The notes under the pieces were generated by a model. That model saw nothing but the letters and a program-made list of their open reading frames with translations, did not search any database and was not told where the DNA came from. Position numbers and translations under genes: made by a program. Shown here piece after piece: positions 8,679 to 16,426 of a stretch of DNA of 20,664 nucleotides. This stretch comes from Chthonomonas calidirosea. Lineage in GTDB: Bacteria > Armatimonadota > Fimbriimonadia > Fimbriimonadales > Fimbriimonadaceae. How positions within the stretch are numbered: position 1 is the stretch's first letter; every line of letters starts with the position of its first letter. The stretch covers positions 1 to 20,664 of the forward strand of contig CAMAPH010000045.1 of assembly GCA_945859975.1 (NCBI GenBank), read 5' to 3'.

Positions 8679-9725
8679 GTGTCCGTGTTTGAAATTTCCA
8701 ACGAGTACTTGCAGCGAACCCTGGTAGACCTGCTCAACACGCCGAGTCCGACCGGGGACACCGACTATGCGATTGGATTCCTGCAGGGAGAGCTGGACGT
8801 GCTCGGAGTGCCATGCCAGCGAACGGCAAAGGGTGCTTTGGTGGCGCAGTTAGAGGGGCACGAAAGTAATCGCCCACGCGCGCTTTCTGCCCACATCGAT
8901 ACGCTTGGGGCGATGGTTGCGGAGCTCAAGCCAAACGGTCGCATCCGAATCGCCGCAATTGGCGGAGTCATGTGGCCAACCGTGGAAAGTGAGGGCGTCT
9001 ACATTGCAACTCGATCGGGGCGACGGATTCGCGGCTCAATCGTTCTCGAAAACGGGGCTGCGCACGTCAATCGTGATGCCCGAACCAAGGAGCGAACCGC
9101 TGACACGCTTGAAGTCCGGCTAGACGAGCGCACGACCCGTGCCGACGAGACGCGCTTGCTCGGAATCGAAGTCGGAGATTTCGTTTATTTCGACACGCGA
9201 ACGGAAGTCTCGGACTCAGGATTTATTCGTTCACGCTTCCTCGATGACAAGGCTTGCGTGGCCTGCATGTTGGCGGCAGTTCAAGCGGTGAAGTCGATTG
9301 ACATCACCCCGGGCCAAAGAACGTCGTTGCTGTTCTCAAACTTTGAGGAAGTCGGGCACGGCGGAATGGACGGGTTGCCCGACGATCTTGCCGAGTACGT
9401 TGTCCTAGATATGGCTTGCATTGGAAAGGGGCTCCAAGGCGACGAATTCCACTGTTCACTTTGCGTCGCGGATTCCAGCGGCCCGTACAGCCGAAATCTC
9501 GGCGATAAGCTGCGCGGACTCGCCAGCCAGCGCGGAATCGACCTCGTGGCCGATATTTATCCGTACTACGGTTCTGATGGCAGCGCCTACTGGCGATCCG
9601 GTGGTCGGGCCGAAGTCGCGTTGATCGGCCCAGGAGTCGACACAAGCCACGGCTACGAGCGAACGCATATTGACGCCTTGCGAGACACCGCAGAGGTCAT
9701 TGCTTCCTATCTGATTTCTGACTAG
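8679..9725 (+). CDS. M42-family metallopeptidase (aminopeptidase)
   Basis: PSPTG, SAHIDTLG, SRFLDDK, FEEVGHG, LDM, SHGYERTH metal-binding motifs. GTG start. Confidence 0.92.
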   Translation: MSVFEISNEYLQRTLVDLLNTPSPTGDTDYAIGFLQGELDVLGVPCQRTAKGALVAQLEGHESNRPRALSAHIDTLGAMVAELKPNGRIRIAAIGGVMWPTVESEGVYIATRSGRRIRGSIVLENGAAHVNRDARTKERTADTLEVRLDERTTRADETRLLGIEVGDFVYFDTRTEVSDSGFIRSRFLDDKACVACMLAAVQAVKSIDITPGQRTSLLFSNFEEVGHGGMDGLPDDLAEYVVLDMACIGKGLQGDEFHCSLCVADSSGPYSRNLGDKLRGLASQRGIDLVADIYPYYGSDGSAYWRSGGRAEVALIGPGVDTSHGYERTHIDALRDTAEVIASYLISD

Positions 9726-10003
9726 AGCAGTTCAATTCGGCTAGCGAGCTCGAAGTCGAGTTCGCTGATTCCATCAACATCGTGGGTGTTGAGGCTGACT
9801 CGGACCTTTCGATAGCCAATGAACAGGTCCGGGTGATGGTCGAGTTTGTCGGCCATAAATCCGACGGTTGAAGCAAAGGCAAGCCCGGTCGCGTAGGACT
9901 CGAAGGCGTACTCTTTTGTGATCTGACCGTTTTGGTAGCTCCAGCCGGAAAGTCCGCTAAGCCCACCGGCGATTTGCTCGTCCGAAAGTTTGGTTCGTGC
10001 CAT
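9722..10003 (-). CDS. phhB: Pterin-4a-carbinolamine dehydratase (4a-hydroxytetrahydrobiopterin dehydratase)
   Basis: ADKLDHHPDL and THDVDGISELDFELASRIE motifs. Start placed at MARTKL (ATG 10003, 93 aa) rather than the ORF-track 10039, which would overlap the divergent gene. Confidence 0.92.
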   Translation of the reverse strand: MARTKLSDEQIAGGLSGLSGWSYQNGQITKEYAFESYATGLAFASTVGFMADKLDHHPDLFIGYRKVRVSLNTHDVDGISELDFELASRIELL

Positions 10004-10025
10004 CAATTTGGTGTCTACCCGCGAA

Positions 10026-10835
10026 ATGGAAATCTTCAACGAAAAACTCTCAGAAACATGGCCAAAGCGTTATGGAACCGAGGCTCCCGCTTCTTCGCAT
10101 CCGCTAGATCGATTCCTGACGCACCGTTCAGTGCGGAAGTATTCCGGCAAGCCGATTGAGCCTGAGCTGCGAGAGTTGCTTTTTGCCGCAGCGCAAAGTG
10201 CGGCGACGAGCAGTAATCTCTCGGCATGGTCGGCAGTCGTTGTTGATGATCCGGACCAACGAGAAAAGCTCGCCAAACTTGTCGGAAATCAAAGTCAGGT
10301 TCGCGAAGCCGCCATCTTTCTGGCATTTCTGGCGGATCATGCGAAGTTGAGCGCTTCGGCCAAGAGCCACGGGGAATCTCCCGCAGGGCTAGAGGCAGTG
10401 GAGATGCTGCTTGTGAGTGCAATCGACGCAGCCCTTGCCGCCGAACGCTTGGTTTGTGCCGCTGAGTCGATCGGGATCGGGAGCTGCTATATCGGCTCTT
10501 TGAGGAACGATCCGGCTGGAGTCGCCGAAGTTCTCCAGTTGCCTCACGGCACTTTCGGTTTGTTCGGCCTGTGCCTCGGCTACCCGGATCCTTCGGCACC
10601 GCCTTCGGTGAAGCCTCGAATGCAGCAGGCGGAAGTTTTTCACCAAGACGTCTATCCAGACGGCTGGGACCCGAGTGACTACAACCGACGGATGTCGGAG
10701 TTTTATCTTGAGGAAGGGATGAAGGGCGATGTCACCTGGACGATGCGCAGTGGCAAGCGAGTGACCCTTCCAGGGCTCAACGGAAGGGACACCCTGCTAG
10801 CTGCGTTGCAGAAGCAGGGCTTTGCTCTGCTTTAA
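10026..10835 (+). CDS. NADPH-dependent flavin oxidoreductase / nitroreductase (NfsA-NfrA-FRP family)
   Basis: HRSVRKY, AQSAATSSNLSAWS, IDAALAA, AAESIGIGSCYIGSLRND, FGLCLGYP, VKPRM. Start placed at ATG 10026 (269 aa). Confidence 0.92.
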   Translation: MEIFNEKLSETWPKRYGTEAPASSHPLDRFLTHRSVRKYSGKPIEPELRELLFAAAQSAATSSNLSAWSAVVVDDPDQREKLAKLVGNQSQVREAAIFLAFLADHAKLSASAKSHGESPAGLEAVEMLLVSAIDAALAAERLVCAAESIGIGSCYIGSLRNDPAGVAEVLQLPHGTFGLFGLCLGYPDPSAPPSVKPRMQQAEVFHQDVYPDGWDPSDYNRRMSEFYLEEGMKGDVTWTMRSGKRVTLPGLNGRDTLLAALQKQGFALL

Positions 10836-11740
10836 AGGCTCGTCAGGAATTTGAGCGTTAGATTCGTCGCGCTATTCTCGACACGAAGAATCACGAACGG
10901 TCGCGTCATCATTTGCGTTACTGGCTGCCCAAATCGCGGTGCGGTTTCCCGTGCGACGATAAAAGTCTGGCCCGTCTTCGCCCGCGTGATCGTATCGACA
11001 CTGAGGCTGTAGCCGCCCGTGGGCCGCTCACCTAGTGCCACCGCAATGATCTTATAGCGGCTCCAATCAATTTGCTGAACCGGGGCTCGTGAGCCTCTGC
11101 CGAGCATTCGCTCGAGCAACGTCTCGTACTCTTCCTGGCTGTTGGCAACGGAAAATCCGCGCTCAGAAATGTTGCACTGTGATCCGTAGCTCAGCGAGAT
11201 GAACCCGTAGCGCGGAGCGTTCGGGTCAAACCAGTTGGTGAAGTCATCCACTTGACCGGCAACCCCGTTTGGGCTGTGCAGTTGCGTCCAGTTCACGCGA
11301 ATATTAAATGCGGACCGCTCGACGCGGATAAGGCTGTAAGCGGATTGCTGGGCAACTTTCGCATTCGGGCTTAGCACGGGACCACGTTCAACCGCGGTGA
11401 TTACCGTGGTTCCATCCACTTGACGATCAACGGCGCGAACGAAGAGAGCGGTACCTACCGGCTTTGGACCCGACGTTAAAGCGACGACTTTGTATCGCGT
11501 CCACTCGACCTGGAATCTTGCCGGCACCGACATTCCGGTGAGCTTTCGGTAGTGAACTTCAAGTTGATCTGGGCTGCTGATTTCGGTGAAGGACTTCGTT
11601 GCAATGTTGCAGTTTTGACCGGCGTCAATGGTGCCCCAGTCAATGCGCTTCGGATCAGGACCGAACACCTGACCGAAGGCTGCAGTGAGACTGCAGATAA
11701 AGAGAGCGACAAACAAAAATCTTCGCATGAGCCTATCCAT
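10832..11740 (-). CDS. Secreted protein with two PrcB_C-like (protease complex subunit PrcB C-terminal) domains
   Basis: Signal peptide MRRFLFVALFICSLTAAFG (alternative start 11728). C-terminal domain has IDWSRYKIIAVALGERPTGGYSLSV...P..GQPVTQMMTRPFVILRV, a PrcB_C-type pattern. A diverged copy precedes it. Confidence 0.72.
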   Translation of the reverse strand: MDRLMRRFLFVALFICSLTAAFGQVFGPDPKRIDWGTIDAGQNCNIATKSFTEISSPDQLEVHYRKLTGMSVPARFQVEWTRYKVVALTSGPKPVGTALFVRAVDRQVDGTTVITAVERGPVLSPNAKVAQQSAYSLIRVERSAFNIRVNWTQLHSPNGVAGQVDDFTNWFDPNAPRYGFISLSYGSQCNISERGFSVANSQEEYETLLERMLGRGSRAPVQQIDWSRYKIIAVALGERPTGGYSLSVDTITRAKTGQTFIVARETAPRFGQPVTQMMTRPFVILRVENSATNLTLKFLTSL

Positions 11741-11765
11741 CTGACGCGTTTTCTGCAGGGTTGGT

Positions 11766-11771
11766 TATCAT
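11766..11771 (+). promoter_or_regulatory. Putative -10 element (TATCAT) 7 nt before the acyltransferase ATG
   Basis: ggtTATCATggagtgaATG within a 38-bp divergent gap. Confidence 0.45.
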
Positions 11772-11778
11772 GGAGTGA

Positions 11779-12957
11779 ATGCGCGGGCTTCCGGTGACCG
11801 ATCGGCTGCCTGCCCTAGAGGGCATGCGCGGGCTTCTGGCCGTATATGTTCTGTTTGGCCACATTGCAAGCATGGCCGATCCGAGTTTTCTGGCCGGTAA
11901 GCCGAGCTCGGCTCCCGATTGGATCCGAAGTCTCTTTGCGCCGTTCGCGTACGGGCACCTCGCAGTCGCCGGGTTCATTGTCTTGTCTGGTTTCTGCCTT
12001 CAGCTTTCGCTGTATGTCAATGGCGACGGTACAGTCAAGTCCGCTAGCAAGTTCTTTCGTCGTCGAGCTTGGCGGCTTTTGCCGGCGTACTACGGCTGCC
12101 TTGCCCTGAGTTGGATCGTTTGCGAAACGGTGACCAAGCGGTTATCGGGCATGCCGTTCGATCTCTATCTGCCCGTTACGACCGAGAACCTGCTCGCGCA
12201 TGTAGCGCTGGTGCACAACGTCCGGCCCGATTGGATGTACAAGATCAACGGGGTGCTTTGGAGTATCGCGATCGAGTGCCAGATCTATCTTGTGTTTCCG
12301 CTACTAGCACTTGTCATGCAACGGGTCGGGCGGGTGGTAGCAGTGGCAATGGCGTGCCTGGTTCCTTTGCTCATTGCCCTCTCGAGCCCGCAATGGTTAA
12401 AGCTGTACGGTTGGTACGTCGTGCTGTTCGCGATTGGAATGGTGGGTGCTTCGATGCTTTATCGGCCGCCGGTTGCTCAATCGCCGAAAGCCATCTACGG
12501 CTACGCGGCGGGCAGTCTTGGCGTGGTCGGAGTTTGGTTGAGTATCAACCAGGCCGCGCTCTTGCCGGTACGCGATCTTGCCGGGGCTCTCGTGATATCC
12601 GGGCTCAGCTATGCGGTTTGCACAAATCCAGAGAGCTTTCTTGCGCGGGCTTTGGGTCGGCGTCCGGTCGCGCTGCTCGGTGCGATGTCCTACAGCTTGT
12701 ATCTGATGCATCACCCGATCCAGCAAATCGGATTTTACGTGCTCAATGGGCAAGCGCTCGATGCGGTCGGGAAGTTCTCGGTACTACTTCAGTGGCTGCC
12801 TTTGGTGTTGGTGGGCAGCTGGGTGTTCTATTTGGTGTTCGAGCGACCGTTGCTTTCGAATCGATCGGAGTCTGGGCAGGAGCAACGGAATGATTTTCCG
12901 ATGCACCTGCCCTTGACTGTGTTAGAGTTGGAAGCCAAATCTCAGCCTGAAAGCTGA
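11779..12957 (+). CDS. Acyltransferase family 3 (OafA/YrhL-like membrane O-acyltransferase)
   Basis: RLPALEGMRGL, AVAGFIVLSGFCL, FFRRRAWRLLPAYY, LWSIAIECQIYLVFP, LGAMSYSLYLMH, FYLVFERP. Multiple TM segments. Confidence 0.93.
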   Translation: MRGLPVTDRLPALEGMRGLLAVYVLFGHIASMADPSFLAGKPSSAPDWIRSLFAPFAYGHLAVAGFIVLSGFCLQLSLYVNGDGTVKSASKFFRRRAWRLLPAYYGCLALSWIVCETVTKRLSGMPFDLYLPVTTENLLAHVALVHNVRPDWMYKINGVLWSIAIECQIYLVFPLLALVMQRVGRVVAVAMACLVPLLIALSSPQWLKLYGWYVVLFAIGMVGASMLYRPPVAQSPKAIYGYAAGSLGVVGVWLSINQAALLPVRDLAGALVISGLSYAVCTNPESFLARALGRRPVALLGAMSYSLYLMHHPIQQIGFYVLNGQALDAVGKFSVLLQWLPLVLVGSWVFYLVFERPLLSNRSESGQEQRNDFPMHLPLTVLELEAKSQPES

Positions 12958-12960
12958 GCC

Positions 12961-13506
12961 TTACTTCTTGCGGCGTCGGAGGAAAAGTCCGCCGAGACCG
13001 ATGACCGCGAAGCTTGCTGGCTCTGGAACGGGAGCGCTGGTCTTGTTGATCACGTAGAACGTGTCGCAGTCGTTGTATTTGCCGTTGATCTTGACTTCGA
13101 AGCCGTTCGAAATCTTTGCGCCGCTGGTCGACGTGAGAGTCTTGAACGCAAACGTCTTGCTCGAGTTGGACTTGACCGACTGCTTTTGATCGCTATCGCT
13201 CCAGCCGGTCACCTGCTTCGAGCCACTCAGGCTCTTGAATCCCCAGCCCGATGGCGTGGATTTGCTGGAAGACGTGGTGAAGGAACCGGTTTCAGCAACT
13301 TGATAGAAGCCAACAACGTTCGTGATGGAGTAGGTCTTGTTACCAAGTTTCAAAGTTGCGCCGTTTGCGAGCGAAACTGTAAAGCTGAGCGGAGACGATT
13401 GGGTAGCGGTGAGACCGTTGAGTTCAACGGTGGAGAACGAACTCTTGGTTTGTGCGCTCGAAACAGCGACGGTGGCCAAGGCGGCAAAAATAAGGATGCG
13501 CTTCAT
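12961..13506 (-). CDS. PEP-CTERM sorting-domain surface protein, Ser/Thr/Lys-rich
   Basis: Signal peptide MKRILIFAALATVAVSSA (ATG 13506 preceded by GAGG, preferred over 13554). C-terminus APVPEPASFAVIGLGGLFLRRRKK = PEP motif + TM helix + basic tail. Confidence 0.9.
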   Translation of the reverse strand: MKRILIFAALATVAVSSAQTKSSFSTVELNGLTATQSSPLSFTVSLANGATLKLGNKTYSITNVVGFYQVAETGSFTTSSSKSTPSGWGFKSLSGSKQVTGWSDSDQKQSVKSNSSKTFAFKTLTSTSGAKISNGFEVKINGKYNDCDTFYVINKTSAPVPEPASFAVIGLGGLFLRRRKK

Positions 13507-13592
13507 GATTCCTCTGCGACAAGTTTGCGGCAATGCTTGTGGTTTGGATGACACCTTTCTTCGTTACCGGAATTGGGTGACAGAGAAGTCGG

Positions 13593-13598
13593 CATAAT
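13593..13598 (+). promoter_or_regulatory. Putative -10 element (GG-CATAAT) 11 nt before the pyrR ATG
   Basis: ggCATAATgaaaccaacccATG, no SD. Confidence 0.45.
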
Positions 13599-13609
13599 GA
13601 AACCAACCC

Positions 13610-14137
13610 ATGAGTGCACTTTTGATGGACGCCGAGGACATTCGCCGAACCCTCGGAAGAATGGCCCACGAAATCATCGAAGCTAACCACGGAACCGAAA
13701 ATCTGGTTGTGGTCGGAGTGCTTCGACGTGGCTGGCCCATCGCCAAGCGGCTGGCATTCAGCCTCACTCAGATTGAAGGCACAACCGTTCCCTGTGGAAA
13801 AGTGGATGCGCGGCGCTTTCGGGACGATCGCAAGCGGCCCGATGAGGACCTGACCGAAATTCCGTTTGAGATCACCGGAAAGAAAGTCATTCTCGTGGAC
13901 GAGGTGATCTTCACCGCACGAACCGCAAGAGCTGCCCTCGACGCAGTGATGACTTCGGGCAGACCAGAGAATGTGCAACTCGCCGTCCTCGTGGATCGCG
14001 GGCACCGCGAGCTGCCAATTGAACCTAACTATTGCGGTCGAAAGTTCTTTACAAATCGAACGGACCACATTATCGTTCGTGTAAACGAAATTGACGGCGA
14101 AGACGCTGTTGTTTTGGAATCAGGAGAAAAGTCATGA
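13610..14137 (+). CDS. pyrR: PyrR-family protein (pyrimidine regulator / uracil phosphoribosyltransferase fold), atypical residues
   Basis: RMAHEIIE, FRDD, RAALDA, GRPENVQLAVLVDRGHRELPI, VRVNEIDGEDAV. Lies directly upstream of pyrB. Confidence 0.93.
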   Translation: MSALLMDAEDIRRTLGRMAHEIIEANHGTENLVVVGVLRRGWPIAKRLAFSLTQIEGTTVPCGKVDARRFRDDRKRPDEDLTEIPFEITGKKVILVDEVIFTARTARAALDAVMTSGRPENVQLAVLVDRGHRELPIEPNYCGRKFFTNRTDHIIVRVNEIDGEDAVVLESGEKS

Positions 14138-15060
14138 GTAACAACCTTTTGGGGATTCGGGAACTCGATCTTGATCAGATTGAGACCCTTCTCGCCATCG
14201 CTGCCGACTTCAAAGTTCGAATCATCGAAGGTCGACCGGTTCCGAAAATCACCGATAAAGTCGTTGGCATGCTCTTTTTTGAAGACTCCACGAGAACTCG
14301 GGTGAGCTTCGAACAGGCAGCGCACTATCTCGGCCTTAAGACGGCTAACTTTGCGGCAGGCGCGAGTTCCATGAGTAAGGGCGAGACCCTGAAAGATACG
14401 ATCCTGACCTTGCGGTATGAGCGTTTAGACGGCCTAGTCATTCGTCACCGTATGAGCGGGGCGCCGAACCTTGCGGCACGATTCTTCGCCGGGCCAGTCC
14501 TCAATGCTGGCGACGGAATGCACGAGCATCCGACCCAAGCCCTCGGCGATGCCCTCACGATTCTTGAACGAAAGGAAAAAATTGAAGGGTTGAAAGTCGC
14601 GATTGTTGGCGACGTCGAGCATAGTCGCGTGGCACGGTCCAACGCTTGGCTCCTCTCGAAACTCGGGGCAAGCGTTAACTTCGTGGGGCCACGTACTTTG
14701 ATGCCACCTAACGCTTCACTTCTCCCGGGCAGGGTCTATCACGATTTAGAAGCCGGGATCGAAGGAGCAGATGTGATCATCTGCTTACGCTTACAGCGCG
14801 AGCGCATGGCAGAAGGCCTGCTCAGCTCCAGTGGCGAGTACGCCGCGATGTACCAAATCAATCAGCGCAATCTGGCCTGGGCCGCGCCTGAATGTTTGGT
14901 CATGCACCCCGGACCCATTAACCGTGGCATTGAGGTTGACGATTTCACCGCCGACGGAGAGCAAAGCGCGATTACGGCTCAGATCGAAAACGGCATCTTT
15001 GTCCGAATGGCGTCTCTTTACTGGGTCTTCGGTGGCACGGTCGCCGAGGTGATGGCGTAG
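14134..15060 (+). CDS. pyrB: Aspartate carbamoyltransferase catalytic subunit
   Basis: FFEDSTRTRVSFE, SKGETLKDT, VIRH, NAGDGMHEHPTQAL, HSRVARSN, RLQRER, MHPGPINRG. Catalytic motifs look intact. Confidence 0.97.
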   Translation: MSNNLLGIRELDLDQIETLLAIAADFKVRIIEGRPVPKITDKVVGMLFFEDSTRTRVSFEQAAHYLGLKTANFAAGASSMSKGETLKDTILTLRYERLDGLVIRHRMSGAPNLAARFFAGPVLNAGDGMHEHPTQALGDALTILERKEKIEGLKVAIVGDVEHSRVARSNAWLLSKLGASVNFVGPRTLMPPNASLLPGRVYHDLEAGIEGADVIICLRLQRERMAEGLLSSSGEYAAMYQINQRNLAWAAPECLVMHPGPINRGIEVDDFTADGEQSAITAQIENGIFVRMASLYWVFGGTVAEVMA

Positions 15061-15094
15061 CGACGCCAACGGCGATTAGGGATACTCACTAGGT

Positions 15095-16426
15095 ATGCGC
15101 ACCCTCCTCCAGAACGGCAGAATCCTGGACCCTTCCCAGAACATGGACCGGATTGGTAGCGTTCTGATCGAAAACGATCAGGTCGTTCAGGTGGGTGATA
15201 TTGAGCTTGGCAACCGGCCAGCCGATGAGATTTACGACTGTACCGGGCTCTGGATTACTCCCGGATTAGTTGACCCGCACGTTCACCTTCGAGAACCGGG
15301 ATCAACTCACAAAGAAGACATTGCGACCGGAACGCAAGCCGCCGCCGCCGGTGGATACACGACGATCTGCTGCATGCCGAACACGAATCCGCCGCTGGAC
15401 AACCCGGCGCTGGTCGATTTCATTCTCGATCGTTCTGCCTCACCAGATGCCGGTGGCGTTTTTGTGGCCCCAGTTGGTGCGCTGACACGAGGCATGAAGG
15501 GAGAAACCCTCGCTGACCTTGCGGCCATGAAGCGCGCGGGAATCGTCGCGGCCAGCGATGAAGAATTCCCCATCCAGAACGCCAACATCATGATGCGGGC
15601 GATGGAGTTCTGTGTCCAGCTGGATCTCCCGATCATGGCGCACTGCGAGGACACAAACCTCAGTAATCGCGGCAGCATGAACGAAGGCGCCATGAGCGCG
15701 ATGCTCGGTTTACGCGGAATTCCACGGTCTTCCGAAGAGATCGCGATTGTCCGGAATGGCTTGCTCGCTCTTCACACCGGCTGTCGCCTACACATCATGC
15801 GGGTCAGCACTTGGGGCGCGGTCGAAATGGTTCGCCAGCTCAAGTTCCTCGGCGCTCCGGTGACTTGTGAAATCTGTCCGATGCACTTCGCGCTGACGGA
15901 AGACATGATCGGCGACTTCGATACTCGCTACAAAACGCTTCCACCGTTGCGAACCCAGATCGACATCGACCTGTTGCTGCAGGGCATCAACGACGGCACC
16001 ATCGACTGTATCGCCAGCGACCACTCGCCGCATGCTTCCTACGAAGTCGATGTTCCGTTCGAAGAAGCGCCGTTTGGCACGGCTCAACTCGAAAGCTCCG
16101 TTGCGGTGACGCTGACTTATCTCACCCACAAGGGAATCTTGTCGCCGCTGGAGACCATCCGAAAGCTCTCGACCGCTCCGGCGAGCATCTTGCGCTTGGA
16201 AGCAGGATCGCTGAAGCCAGGTGAAACGCCGGTCGCTCAAGTTACGGTTATCGATCCGAACCTGGAGTGGACGTTTGATCGGGACAAAACCTTTAGTAAG
16301 AGCAAGAACACGCCGTTCCATGATTTCCGCCTGAAGGGCAAATCCCTGCTCACCTTCTGCGGTGGCGAGATTTATCGGGATGCCATGTTCAGCGCAGACC
16401 GGTACCAAATCGTGACTTCGGCATGA
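15095..16426 (+). CDS. pyrC: Dihydroorotase homologue (type I / multifunctional-complex type) with a non-canonical metal site
   Basis: DPHVHLREPG, AAAAGGYTTICCMPNTNPPLD, AHCED, PPLRT, IASDHSPH, APFG, SKSKNTPF. Follows pyrB. See findings for the substitutions. Confidence 0.92.
   Translation: MRTLLQNGRILDPSQNMDRIGSVLIENDQVVQVGDIELGNRPADEIYDCTGLWITPGLVDPHVHLREPGSTHKEDIATGTQAAAAGGYTTICCMPNTNPPLDNPALVDFILDRSASPDAGGVFVAPVGALTRGMKGETLADLAAMKRAGIVAASDEEFPIQNANIMMRAMEFCVQLDLPIMAHCEDTNLSNRGSMNEGAMSAMLGLRGIPRSSEEIAIVRNGLLALHTGCRLHIMRVSTWGAVEMVRQLKFLGAPVTCEICPMHFALTEDMIGDFDTRYKTLPPLRTQIDIDLLLQGINDGTIDCIASDHSPHASYEVDVPFEEAPFGTAQLESSVAVTLTYLTHKGILSPLETIRKLSTAPASILRLEAGSLKPGETPVAQVTVIDPNLEWTFDRDKTFSKSKNTPFHDFRLKGKSLLTFCGGEIYRDAMFSADRYQIVTSA

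Noticed and set aside
12069..12893. 274-aa alternative-frame ORF inside the acyltransferase
   Set aside because: Arg/Gly/Ala-rich off-frame translation with no recognisable motif and no sign of a frameshift in the main gene.
13579..13590. GAC-AGAGAA-GTC mini-hairpin resembling the PyrR binding loop (CAGAGA)
   Set aside because: Only a 3-bp stem, lacks the flanking consensus and terminator, and lies upstream of the putative -10, so it is probably not transcribed.
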